A stretch of DNA of 64,000 nt, taken from assembly GCA_035525495.1 (NCBI GenBank), contig DATLED010000042.1, positions 11,038-75,037 of the forward strand. Direction: 5' to 3'. The DNA is from Acidimicrobiales bacterium (GTDB lineage: Bacteria > Actinomycetota > Acidimicrobiia > Acidimicrobiales > CADCTF01). Both the position numbers and the translations under genes were made by a program. Under the pieces are notes generated by a model. The model was not told the origin of the DNA. It made no database searches and saw nothing but the letters and a program-made list of their open reading frames with translations. Shown here in pieces: positions 43,656 to 52,650 of this stretch. Within the stretch, counting starts at the first letter, position 1. Each line of letters opens with the position of its first letter.

Positions 43656-44839
43656 CCCTCTTCCCCGTCTCCGCCGTCGTCCACCGGTGGGGCGGTCGTC
43701 GGCGTCGTCGAGCGCGTCTTCAGCGGTTTCGGCTTCAGCGCGTCGATCGTTCCGATGTAATCGGTCTTGACGGTCACCGGCACGGGCGCGCCCGCCACCT
43801 CGGTGGATCCGCGGTAGGTGGAGTGGACCTCCTCGCGGACGAGCAGGAGCCCATGGTCGAACCGCACGTTCCAGAAGTTGGCCGTGCCCGACTCGTTCCC
43901 CGAGATCACCGGAGGCTGCTTGGACAGGTCGACGAAGTTCTCGACGATCTGGACCTTGAACGTGTCGACGACCTCGCCGCACACGTCGACCGACTCGCGT
44001 CCCACGATCTTGCTCTGCACCGTGAGGGCGGTGTTGGTGGCTCGATCGGTCCCTCCGTGGGTGATCTCCGAGTCGGGACCTTCGGCCACGAAGAGCTTCA
44101 CGTAGCGGATGGGCGGCGTCGGGTTGAAGACCGATGTCTTGCCGTTGAGCGTCGTCTCCCTCCGGATCAACCACACGAAGTCGCCTCCGGTCGTGCCGCC
44201 GAGGCTGTAGCGGTACCGGTCGACCACCTTGAGCCCGCTGGGGCCGTGACGGGTCATGGAGTACTCCACGCGGTTCGGGAAGGCCGTGGGGTCGCCGCGC
44301 ACCTGCGCCGGCACCCCGAGCTTGTCGACGTCGTCGTTGTTGAGATAGGCGGTCGCGGTCACGAAGGCGACGTCGGTGACGTCGACCTCCGACTTCGGCG
44401 GGTACTGGAAGTCGAGGTCGAACGCCGCCGTCCCGATCTTCACGCTGCCCTGGTTGATCCGCGTGTACGTGCCGATCTCCGGCGGGTCCTTCACGACGGG
44501 GTAGGTGGGAACGTCGTAGTTGGCGCCGGGAGGCGCGGCCTCGCACACCGGCTGCGGTCGGCGTGGCGGGATCACGATGACGCGCGGCGTGCGGCGGGGC
44601 GGCTCCTCCTCCTCGGGAATCTCTGCCAGGGTGCGGACGTCGGCCACGCCGAGCTGCACCGCGACCTGACGGGGCGACACCGGCTCGGCCTTCGTCGCGT
44701 CCTTGAACGCGAGGTCGAGGGCGATGCGGCGCAGGCCGATCTCCAGCGGGTCCTCCCGGCTGGCGCATGCGCCCACGAGCACCCCGCAGGTCCCCATGAC
44801 CAGCAGGGTCCGCACCAACGCCATCCTGGTCGCCCTCAT
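43652..44839 (-). CDS. Lipoprotein (395 aa), function unknown
   Basis: The ATG at 44839 overlaps the transglutaminase-like gene stop (ATGA). Signal and lipobox MRATRMALVRTLLVMGTCGVLVGAC. The body is beta-rich with a Pro/Thr/Asp/Gly-rich C-terminus. Confidence 0.7.
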   Translation of the reverse strand: MRATRMALVRTLLVMGTCGVLVGACASREDPLEIGLRRIALDLAFKDATKAEPVSPRQVAVQLGVADVRTLAEIPEEEEPPRRTPRVIVIPPRRPQPVCEAAPPGANYDVPTYPVVKDPPEIGTYTRINQGSVKIGTAAFDLDFQYPPKSEVDVTDVAFVTATAYLNNDDVDKLGVPAQVRGDPTAFPNRVEYSMTRHGPSGLKVVDRYRYSLGGTTGGDFVWLIRRETTLNGKTSVFNPTPPIRYVKLFVAEGPDSEITHGGTDRATNTALTVQSKIVGRESVDVCGEVVDTFKVQIVENFVDLSKQPPVISGNESGTANFWNVRFDHGLLLVREEVHSTYRGSTEVAGAPVPVTVKTDYIGTIDALKPKPLKTRSTTPTTAPPVDDGGDGEEG

Positions 44840-47253
44840 CGCGACCTCCTTCCTGCCAGAGCGGGGATGCGCCCGAGGCCGAGCCGCGACCGCCGCCTCG
44901 CGAGGCTCCTGGCCTTGCGCGTCCGTCGCCGTTCCGCCCGCCACATCGTCCAGCGTCCGACGGGATCGAGCAGGACCACCGTCGGGACCTCGTCGGTGTA
45001 CGGCTGGCGCAACGACGCCTTCGAGAGCGCGGCCAGCACTCGGGCCTGGAACGGCTGCCCGCGCGACATGCGTCGCCGCAAGGACGCCGACAGCTCCTCG
45101 GCCGCCTGGGCGTCCTCGTCGGTGACGGTACGGGCGAGGTCGCCGTAGAGCGTGCGGGCCACCAGCCAAGCGAACTCCTGGTGCTCCTCGTCGACCACGA
45201 CCCGCTTGAGGTACTCCAGCGGGGTGTCGAGGTGGTCGCCGAGGTTCAGGTCGTGCGCGGCGTCACGGAACTCGGCGTACTCGACGGCGATCTGCGTCCG
45301 GGGACCGAGCTGCTCGGCCCACCGCCGCCGCTTCCGCCGCCGCCACCCCTTCATGACCGAAGGAGTCGCCAGGTAGACGAGGAGCAGCGCGCCGAAGGCG
45401 GGCAGCGCGGCGATCAGCTGCTCCCGGATGCGTTGGTACAGCTGCTTGAACGACTCGAGCTTGATCGGGATCACGAGCTCCGCCGCGACCTCGTCGGAGG
45501 CGAGCGTGTTGGGGTCGAACTTGGCGTTGGGGTCGTTGTCGAGCTGCTGCTTGGCCTTCTCCGGGGCTTGGATGAGGGGGATCCACCCCTGGCCCTCGAA
45601 GTACACCTCGAGCCACTGTGCGGCGTTGGCCGGACGCACCGTCGCCACCCCGTTCTCGTCGTTGAGGCCGTCGAAGCCGAACCCGATCCGGGCCGGCACA
45701 CCCGCCCAACGGGCCAACATGGCCTCTGCTGCGACGATCTCGTACGGCGTGGCCTCGTGGGTCTTGCTGTCGAAGATCTCGACGACGCGTGCGGGCGCGA
45801 TGTCCCCGGGGACGCCGCCGCCCGCCGCCACCACGACCTCGCGCAACGCCTTGCGCACGTAGTCGAGCCGGTCCCAGGCGGGTTCGGGTGGCGCCTCCTG
45901 CAACAGGCGGGAGATGCGGGCCGGTGGCTTCGGCACCTCCAGCATGTCCTCGAAGTCACCCTTCAGCTTCGGCGCCTCCTTGAGCTGCGCCGCGTCCGGG
46001 TACGGCGGCTGGGCGATCGTGTAGGTCACGTCGTTCGGCACCCGACCCTCGGTGAGCCGAAAGACGTCCACGCGAGGGTCCCACCTGGCGTCGAGGTCGC
46101 CGGGCTTCTCGATGCGGGTCGGCGACGTCGTGCCAGGCAGGCTGGCGGCGTTGCCGAGGTCGCGGATCGTGAACTGCACGACCTCGCTCGCGTCCTTGTC
46201 GCGGGCGGCGTCGACGACGCCGCCGGGGGGCACCGCGCGCAGGCGCGCCTTGTCGAACGGCGGGAGCCGCCAGGCCTCGCCGTCGTAGGTGTCGAGCACG
46301 CCGGTCTTCCACGGTCCGGTGATCGGCGACGTCGTCTTCACCTCGAAGAGGACGCGGTCCTGGATGCTCGAGAGCGGGATGGGCTTCGGCTTCTGCGCCT
46401 GGTCCGACGGGTTGTAGACCGGCGCCGGGAAGAGGAAGCTGGCGTTGCTCAGCACGACGAGGGCCACCACCGCGGCCGCGGCCGCGGCGACGCCGCGCAT
46501 CGCCCGCTTGAGCTCGAACTCCTTTGTGAGCTCTGACGCCTTGAGCGAGTCGCCACCGAAGAGGACGGCCAGCGCCGCCAACAACGGCACGAACGCGCAG
46601 AGCCCGGCGATGAACTGACCGTCGTCGGGCTGGGTGATAGCGGTGAGGGCCAGGATCGGGAGAGGGATGGCGATGGCCGCCCGCGGACGGTTCAACGCCG
46701 TGCCGACCCACGCCGCCCCGAAGCCGACGAGGCTGAAGACGAGGACGAGGATGGGCTTCCAGCCGGGATCGAACGGCACCGGTGGTCGGAGCAGCCGTCC
46801 GCTGGCGATGGCGTCCGACATCAGCTTCGGGAGCTCGCCCGCATCGCCGCCGGTCACCAGCATGGCGAGCACGCCGGTGAAGAGCCCCACCGGCAGGAGC
46901 AGGATCTGGTACGTGGTCTCGCGCGCCGGCGACCGGAGGGTCAGCCACGCCCACCCGACGCCGAGGCCCACGGCGAAGAGGGCGAGCAGGCGAGCCGACC
47001 AGGTGCCGAAAATGCCGCCCGTGACCAGCGCCGCGGCCGAAGTCGCCAGCGCGGCCGCCAGAAGTGGGCGCAGCGGGACGGGGGGGTGCTCCGGCCCGGA
47101 TCCGTCGCCGGGCCCTCGGCTGCCATCCGAGCCGGCCGCCGCGAGCTCGGCCTCGATGTCGCGGTCGAACCCCCGCGCCGAGGGCGCCGGCGCCTCGTCG
47201 CGCTCGCGCTCGCGCGCCTCGGCGTCGGGACGATCGATGGTCGGGGCGGCCAC
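44836..47253 (-). CDS. Transglutaminase-like (TgpA/DUF3488-type) polytopic membrane protein; catalytic triad apparently substituted
   Basis: About 6 N-terminal TM segments and one late TM (LIAALPAFGALLLVYLA). The Transglut_core-like block reads TPYEIVAAEAMLARWAGVPARIGFGF...AAQWLEVYFEGQGWIPLIQAP, where the usual motifs are G.C..FA...GIPAR and HAW.EVY..G.GW..FDPT. Confidence 0.8.
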   Translation of the reverse strand: MAAPTIDRPDAEARERERDEAPAPSARGFDRDIEAELAAAGSDGSRGPGDGSGPEHPPVPLRPLLAAALATSAAALVTGGIFGTWSARLLALFAVGLGVGWAWLTLRSPARETTYQILLLPVGLFTGVLAMLVTGGDAGELPKLMSDAIASGRLLRPPVPFDPGWKPILVLVFSLVGFGAAWVGTALNRPRAAIAIPLPILALTAITQPDDGQFIAGLCAFVPLLAALAVLFGGDSLKASELTKEFELKRAMRGVAAAAAAVVALVVLSNASFLFPAPVYNPSDQAQKPKPIPLSSIQDRVLFEVKTTSPITGPWKTGVLDTYDGEAWRLPPFDKARLRAVPPGGVVDAARDKDASEVVQFTIRDLGNAASLPGTTSPTRIEKPGDLDARWDPRVDVFRLTEGRVPNDVTYTIAQPPYPDAAQLKEAPKLKGDFEDMLEVPKPPARISRLLQEAPPEPAWDRLDYVRKALREVVVAAGGGVPGDIAPARVVEIFDSKTHEATPYEIVAAEAMLARWAGVPARIGFGFDGLNDENGVATVRPANAAQWLEVYFEGQGWIPLIQAPEKAKQQLDNDPNAKFDPNTLASDEVAAELVIPIKLESFKQLYQRIREQLIAALPAFGALLLVYLATPSVMKGWRRRKRRRWAEQLGPRTQIAVEYAEFRDAAHDLNLGDHLDTPLEYLKRVVVDEEHQEFAWLVARTLYGDLARTVTDEDAQAAEELSASLRRRMSRGQPFQARVLAALSKASLRQPYTDEVPTVVLLDPVGRWTMWRAERRRTRKARSLARRRSRLGLGRIPALAGRRSR

Positions 47254-47257
47254 GGCG

Positions 47258-48547
47258 CTAGACCTTGACCCCGCCGCCGACGACGTTGTGGAAGGCGACG
47301 GCCAGCGGCGAGTTCGGGCGGATCTCGGCGACCTGGCAGCCGAGCTTGGCCGCCGCCGTCAGCGTCTCGACCGCGAGCTCGTCCCAGAGGAGGGCGACGA
47401 CCAGCACGGACCAGCCCCGCTCGATCAACAGCTCCAACGCGGCCGCGGACTCCTTCTCGAGGAGCGGCGTGATCACGACGACATGGGCGTCGCGGCCCCG
47501 CTGGAACACGACACGGTTGATGGCCTCCATGAGCGGGACGTCCTCGAGCTCGGCTCGGGCGAGCTCGTCGAGCACGCGGAGGCCCGCCTGCGGTCCGCGC
47601 ACCGGGCCGATGAGCCGCTTCTCGCAGCCCTCGAGGGTGACGGAGAAGCCCTCCTTCAGGTGGTAGAGGCTCGCCGACGCGGCCGCCCGGACCCCGGTCT
47701 CGAACGACTCGCTGAACAGACCCTTGCTGTGGTTCTCGCGATGGCCGTCGAGGATGATGTTGATCTGGTCCGTGATGCCCTGCTCGGCCTCGCGAACGAG
47801 CAGTTGTTGCGTCCGGGCGTAGGCCCGCCACACGACGCGACGGACGTCGTCGCCAGGCGCGTACTCGCGCATGCCGTAGAACTCCATGCCGCTCGGCCAC
47901 GGCTTGGACATCGGCGGACGGACCGGCGGGTCCTCCCACAGCCGAGTGAAGGCACGGTCCTGGACGATCTCGGTGGACGGGTGGACGAGGAACTCGAACG
48001 GCTCGCACAGAACGGCCTCGCGCTCGGTGAAGCCGAAGGGATCACCCCACCGGGCCACGAGGGGGCCGAGCTGGTACACGCCGCGGCGCCAGCAGGTCAG
48101 CTTGTACGCGTGGTCGACGGACTCGCCGGGCTCGAGCTGGGCGACGGGGATCCGGGCGTTCTGGCCGAGCACTTCGGGCACGTGCTCCTCGAGCACGAAG
48201 GTGTTGAGCCGGCGCGTGGCGGTCAGCTTCACCTCCATCTCGATGATCTCGCCCTCGCGTCGGCGACTGCGGACGAGGGCGCGCTCCCCTTCGAGCGGCA
48301 GCGGCCGGCGGCCGATCGCCCAGGAGAGCGCCAGCACGGTGAAGCCCCCGTAGGAGAGCAGGTAGAGGGGCCGCCCGGCGACGAACCGGCCGAGGATCCA
48401 CGCGACGACGGCGACGGCCAGCAGGATCAGGCCCGACGTCGTGAAGCCCGTCTTGGCCGTGATGGCGCGCAGCGTCCGCGCTTGGATGCTGTTGGAGGCG
48501 CGGGCGCGCTCGGAGAACCGTCGGGTCTCCGAGATCGTCATGCTCAT
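47258..48547 (-). CDS. DUF58-family protein (vWA-like, MoxR partner)
   Basis: Two N-terminal TM helices, then the DUF58 signature EFYGMREYAPGDDVRRVVWRAYARTQQLLVRE. The start is placed at ATG 48547, 19 nt after the MoxR stop. The track ORF extends to 48625. Confidence 0.85.
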   Translation of the reverse strand: MSMTISETRRFSERARASNSIQARTLRAITAKTGFTTSGLILLAVAVVAWILGRFVAGRPLYLLSYGGFTVLALSWAIGRRPLPLEGERALVRSRRREGEIIEMEVKLTATRRLNTFVLEEHVPEVLGQNARIPVAQLEPGESVDHAYKLTCWRRGVYQLGPLVARWGDPFGFTEREAVLCEPFEFLVHPSTEIVQDRAFTRLWEDPPVRPPMSKPWPSGMEFYGMREYAPGDDVRRVVWRAYARTQQLLVREAEQGITDQINIILDGHRENHSKGLFSESFETGVRAAASASLYHLKEGFSVTLEGCEKRLIGPVRGPQAGLRVLDELARAELEDVPLMEAINRVVFQRGRDAHVVVITPLLEKESAAALELLIERGWSVLVVALLWDELAVETLTAAAKLGCQVAEIRPNSPLAVAFHNVVGGGVKV

Positions 48548-48566
48548 CGGGTTCCGGCCATGCGGG

Positions 48567-49616
48567 TCAGCTCGCTCCCGCGACGGCTCGGCGCCGACGG
48601 CGGCCGTCGCTCGACGGCCCGTCACGATCTGTCGTGCCTCGGTTGGCGCCGCGACCCGGGCTCGATACGCCGAGCGGCGTCTTGACTCTCGACAGGATCC
48701 TGTCGAGCACGTCGTCGACGCTCTCGCCCCGCAGCGTGGCGTCCGGGTTGAGCATCAGGCGGTGTCCGAGCACGGGCCGGAGCAGGACCTTGACGTCCTC
48801 GGGGTAGACCTGCTGGCGGCCGTCGGCCGCAGCCATCACCCGCGCCGCCTTGGACAACGAGATCGAGGCGCGCGGGCTGGCGCCGAGGGTGAGGCTGTTG
48901 TCGTCTCGTGTCGCTTGGACGATGTCGATGATGTAGGACTCGACGGCGGTTGGCAGCTCGACCTCGGTGGCGTACTCCTGCATCCCGAGTATCTCCGCGG
49001 TGGTCGTCACCGGCTGAAGTCCCTCGACCTCGAGCCCCCGCGTGTTGCCCCGCATGATGAGCCGCTCGCCGTCGGCCGTCGCGTAGCCCATCTTCAGGCG
49101 GAAGAGGAAGCGGTCGAGCTGCGCCTCCGGGAGCGGGAACGTGCCGGCCTGCTCCACCGGGTTCTGGGTTGCCAGCACGAGGAACGGCTTGGGCAGCGGA
49201 CGGGAGACACCGTCGGTGCTGACGTTGCGCTCGGCCATGGCCTCGAGGAGGGCCGACTGGGTCTTCGGGGTGGCGCGGTTGATCTCGTCCACCAGCAGCA
49301 CGTTGGTGAAGACCGGGCCTTCCTTGAACACGAACTTCATGGTGCCCTTGCTCGAGTCGATGACCGACGACCCGGTGATGTCACCGGGGAGCATGTCGGG
49401 CGTGCACTGCACCCGGGCGGTCTGGGCGTGCATCGTCTGGGCGAGGGCACGGGCGAGAACCGACTTGCCCACGCCGGGCACGTCCTCGAACAGCACGTGG
49501 CCGTTCGCCATGATCGCGGTGAGGGCGAGGCGCACGACGTCGTCTTTGCCGTGCACCACGGTGTTGATGTTGTCGGCCGTCTTGTCGAAGAGCTTCCGGA
49601 ACTTGTTGCCGTCCAT
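48567..49616 (-). CDS. moxR: MoxR-family AAA+ ATPase
   Basis: Walker A HVLFEDVPGVGKSVLARALA, Walker B/sensor LLVDEINRATPKTQSALLEAMAE, VLATQNP, and the C-terminal MoxR lid region. Confidence 0.95.
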   Translation of the reverse strand: MDGNKFRKLFDKTADNINTVVHGKDDVVRLALTAIMANGHVLFEDVPGVGKSVLARALAQTMHAQTARVQCTPDMLPGDITGSSVIDSSKGTMKFVFKEGPVFTNVLLVDEINRATPKTQSALLEAMAERNVSTDGVSRPLPKPFLVLATQNPVEQAGTFPLPEAQLDRFLFRLKMGYATADGERLIMRGNTRGLEVEGLQPVTTTAEILGMQEYATEVELPTAVESYIIDIVQATRDDNSLTLGASPRASISLSKAARVMAAADGRQQVYPEDVKVLLRPVLGHRLMLNPDATLRGESVDDVLDRILSRVKTPLGVSSPGRGANRGTTDRDGPSSDGRRRRRAVAGAS

Positions 49617-49647
49617 GTCGCGTGCTTTCTGGTAGGGAGCGCCGGCG

Positions 49648-52600
49648 CTAGCCGATGTCGCCGGATCGGTTGATGACCTCTTCCGAGGTGCCGAGGTAGG
49701 AGTTGACGACCTGCGGGTGCTCGAGCACGTCCTTCGCCGCGCCCCGTGTGACCACGCGGCCGAGATCGAGGGCGAGGAGCTCGTCGGAGACGCCGCTGAT
49801 CAGGTTCATGTCGTGCTCGATGATGAGGATGGAGCAGCCCGTCTCCCAGCGGATGCGCTGGAGCAGGGCGCCGAGCTCCTCGGCCTCGCGCTGCGCGATG
49901 CCGGAGGACGGCTCGTCGAGGAGGAGGACCTTGGGGTCGCACGCCATCACGCAGGCCAGGTCGACGATGCGACGCGAGCCGGTCGACAGCTCGCGGACGA
50001 ACTTGTCTCGCATCTCGTCGAGGTTCATCAGGCGGATCAGCCGGTCGATGCGGCGCTGGATGCCCTCCTCCGCCTTGCGCACGTTGGGCAGGTGGAGGGC
50101 GGCGCCGATCGTGCTCTTCGACGTGAGGTACTGCTCGAGGGCGACCGCGATGTTCTCGGTCACCGTGAGCGGGGGGAAGAGGCGCGCGTCCTGGAACGAG
50201 CGGACGAGGCCGACCTTGGCCCGCTGGTCGGGAGGCAACGACGTGACGTCCTCGCCGAAGAGGCGGATCTCGCCCTCGTCGGGCGTGACGAACCCCGAGA
50301 TGATGTCGAAGAGGGTCGTCTTGCCGGCGCCGTTGGGGCCGATGAGTCCGAGGACCTTCCCCTCCTCGAGGGCGATGTTCACGTCCTCGACGACCTGGAT
50401 GCCGCCGTAGCGCTTGGCGATCCCCTTGAGCTCGAGGGCGGTGGCCGGCGGTGCACCGGGGATGGTCCCGACGAGCGAGCGCTGCTTGCCGTAGCCGGCG
50501 ATGCTCCCACCACCGCCACCGGCGCCCTTCAGGTACACCGAACGCAGGATGTCGGGCCGCGACATGAGCTCCGCGGTCGGGCCGCTGAACTTCACCTCGC
50601 CCTTCTCCATGAACACCGCCCGCTTCGCGACCGTGAGGGCGACGTTCACGCTCTGCTCCACGAGGATGATGGTGGTGCCGGCGTCGGCGATGTCCTGCAC
50701 GATCCGGAGGAGCTGTTCGACGATCACCGGCGCCAGCCCGAGGGACAGCTCGTCGATCATGAGCAGCCTGGGCTTCGACAGGAAGGCCTGGCCGAGCGTG
50801 AGCATCTGCTGCTCGCCGCCCGAGAGGTTGCCAGCGGGCTCCGACCATCGCGTTCGCAGGATCGGGAAGCGCTCGAGCACCGACTCCGTGGCCGAGGCGA
50901 CGTAGGCATCATCGGAGCGGAACATCCACGCTGCCAGCTTCAGGTTCTCGGCGACCGTGAGGTTCGGGAACACGCCGCGGCCACCCGGGACCTGGATGAT
51001 GCCCTTCGCCGCGTGCGCCGACGGTGGGAGGAACGTGATGTCCTCTCCGTCGAAGAAGATGGCGCCGTTCGACGCCGTCGTGAGCCCGGAGATGGCGCGC
51101 AGGAGGGTGGACTTGCCGGCGCCGTTCGTGCCGAGGAGGGCGATCACCTCGCCCTCGTCGACCTCGAAGTCGAGGTTGAACAGGATCTGCACCTGGTCGT
51201 AGTGGACGTCGAGGTCGCGGACGACGAGGAGCTTGGCCTTGCCTTGCCGCTTCGACTCTCGGGCGATGAACGATGCCGCCGACGCCGCTTGGGCGGCGCG
51301 GATGTCGGCGTCCACGCTCGAGCCGGCCGAGGTGATGATCAGGGCGCCGATCAGGTACACCGGCACCATCAGGAGGATGCCGGCGCGGAGTCCCAAGCGG
51401 TCGGCGATCCCTCCGAAGAGCGGTCCGAGGGCCAGGCCCGGAACGACGAAGACGGCGCTGACCGAGAGCGCGAAGCCGCGCACGCGCGGCGGGATCACCA
51501 TCGTCATCAGCGCCGTCGTGGCCGGCCCCAGAATGGCGCCGAGAAGGGCGATCACGTACTTGAACCCGACGGCCATCCAAACGGTCGGGGAAACGGCGAT
51601 GAGGGCGAAGGAACCGCCGATGCCGACGGACAGGAGTCCGATCACGGTGATCACGCGGCTCGGCCGGAAGCGCAGGAAGCGGTTCACGAAGCCGATGCCG
51701 AGGACGAGGCCGACCATGGCGAGGGGCTCGTCGAAGGCGTTGATCGTGCCGCGCGCCCCGGGCCCGAGATGGAAGACCTCGGCGTAGAAGATGCCCATGA
51801 CCGGCAGGATCACCTGGAGCGACCCCACGAGGAACGGGAGCGCGAACCAGAAGCGGCGCAGCGTCCGGACGCTCTTGGCGATGCGCCAGGACTCCGTCCA
51901 CGACGGTGGTGACTCGCCCGTCAGCGCCGCCTGCTCCGAGAGCCCGAGTGCACGGCGCTCCTGTTCGCCCCGTACCGGCTCCCGCAGCCTCAGCGCGATG
52001 ACGATGGCCAGTACGACCGACGGGATGCCGAGGACGAAGAAGGGCACCTGCCAGTAGAAGATGCCGGCGAGCAGTCCCGCGGCGAGTGGGGCGATGAAGT
52101 TGCCGAACCGGTTCGACAGGCTGAAGAACGAGAAGACGGCGCCACGAGCGCTTGGCGGGTAGTAGTCGGCGAGGAGGGCGTTGTGGACCGGCGTCGCCGT
52201 CTTGCCCATGCCCGCGCCGAACCGGAACGCCGCGAGGCTGAAGAACGTCCATGCGAAGCCGGTGCACAACGCCATGACCCCGACGATGACGGCGCCGATC
52301 GACGTCAGCCAGACGCGATTCCAGCGGTCGGACGCGTACCCGAGCGGAAGGGCCAACAGGACGGTGAGGACGCCGCCGAGGCTGTTGGCGACGGTGATGA
52401 GGGTGATGCTCACGCCGAAGTAGTCCCGGATCTCGGGGAGGAGCACGCCGATGGCGCCGGCGTCGAAGCCGTCGACGATGTTCAGCAGGGACAGGAGCAC
52501 GAGGGGCACCACCGGCGCACCGCCGGTGACGATGCTCGGCCGGAGCTCATGAAGCGTCCGGCGCATGGTGCCGGCGTCCGCCGGGGCCTCGAGGTCAGCG

Positions 52601-52650
52601 GCCGGCGGCGCGGCCGTCGGGTCGACGTCGGGTTCGTCGACCAGGGTCAT
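49648..52650 (-). CDS. Fusion protein: MFS-type 12-TM transporter domain plus LivF-like ABC ATPase plus LivG-like ABC ATPase (1000 aa)
   Basis: The ATG at 52650 overlaps the permease stop (ATGA). MFS motif A is GYASDRWNRV, with about 12 hydrophobic segments. NBD1: GTNGAGKSTLL, LSGGEQQML, LLMIDELSLGLAP. A GAGGGGGS linker follows. NBD2: GPNGAGKTTLF, LSTGSRRIVDLA, LLLDEPSSGIAQ. The track ORF 49648..55152 is over-extended upstream. Confidence 0.85.
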   Translation of the reverse strand: MTLVDEPDVDPTAAPPAADLEAPADAGTMRRTLHELRPSIVTGGAPVVPLVLLSLLNIVDGFDAGAIGVLLPEIRDYFGVSITLITVANSLGGVLTVLLALPLGYASDRWNRVWLTSIGAVIVGVMALCTGFAWTFFSLAAFRFGAGMGKTATPVHNALLADYYPPSARGAVFSFFSLSNRFGNFIAPLAAGLLAGIFYWQVPFFVLGIPSVVLAIVIALRLREPVRGEQERRALGLSEQAALTGESPPSWTESWRIAKSVRTLRRFWFALPFLVGSLQVILPVMGIFYAEVFHLGPGARGTINAFDEPLAMVGLVLGIGFVNRFLRFRPSRVITVIGLLSVGIGGSFALIAVSPTVWMAVGFKYVIALLGAILGPATTALMTMVIPPRVRGFALSVSAVFVVPGLALGPLFGGIADRLGLRAGILLMVPVYLIGALIITSAGSSVDADIRAAQAASAASFIARESKRQGKAKLLVVRDLDVHYDQVQILFNLDFEVDEGEVIALLGTNGAGKSTLLRAISGLTTASNGAIFFDGEDITFLPPSAHAAKGIIQVPGGRGVFPNLTVAENLKLAAWMFRSDDAYVASATESVLERFPILRTRWSEPAGNLSGGEQQMLTLGQAFLSKPRLLMIDELSLGLAPVIVEQLLRIVQDIADAGTTIILVEQSVNVALTVAKRAVFMEKGEVKFSGPTAELMSRPDILRSVYLKGAGGGGGSIAGYGKQRSLVGTIPGAPPATALELKGIAKRYGGIQVVEDVNIALEEGKVLGLIGPNGAGKTTLFDIISGFVTPDEGEIRLFGEDVTSLPPDQRAKVGLVRSFQDARLFPPLTVTENIAVALEQYLTSKSTIGAALHLPNVRKAEEGIQRRIDRLIRLMNLDEMRDKFVRELSTGSRRIVDLACVMACDPKVLLLDEPSSGIAQREAEELGALLQRIRWETGCSILIIEHDMNLISGVSDELLALDLGRVVTRGAAKDVLEHPQVVNSYLGTSEEVINRSGDIG

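Noticed and set aside
43077-45169. Over-extended ORFs 43077..44768 (563 aa) and 43652..45169 (505 aa)
   Set aside because: Their N-terminal parts are Arg/Pro-rich shadow sequence. The internal starts at 43655 and 44839 give signal peptides with lipoboxes and overlap the upstream stops (GTGA/ATGA).
46634-48685. 683-aa plus-strand ORF antisense to the TGase-like and DUF58 genes
   Set aside because: Shadow ORF. The minus-strand frames carry the DUF58 and Transglut_core-like signatures.
49717-51912. 731-aa plus-strand ORF antisense to the MFS-LivF-LivG gene
   Set aside because: Asp/Glu/Arg/Gly-rich mirror-frame artefact. Walker and signature motifs are on the minus strand.
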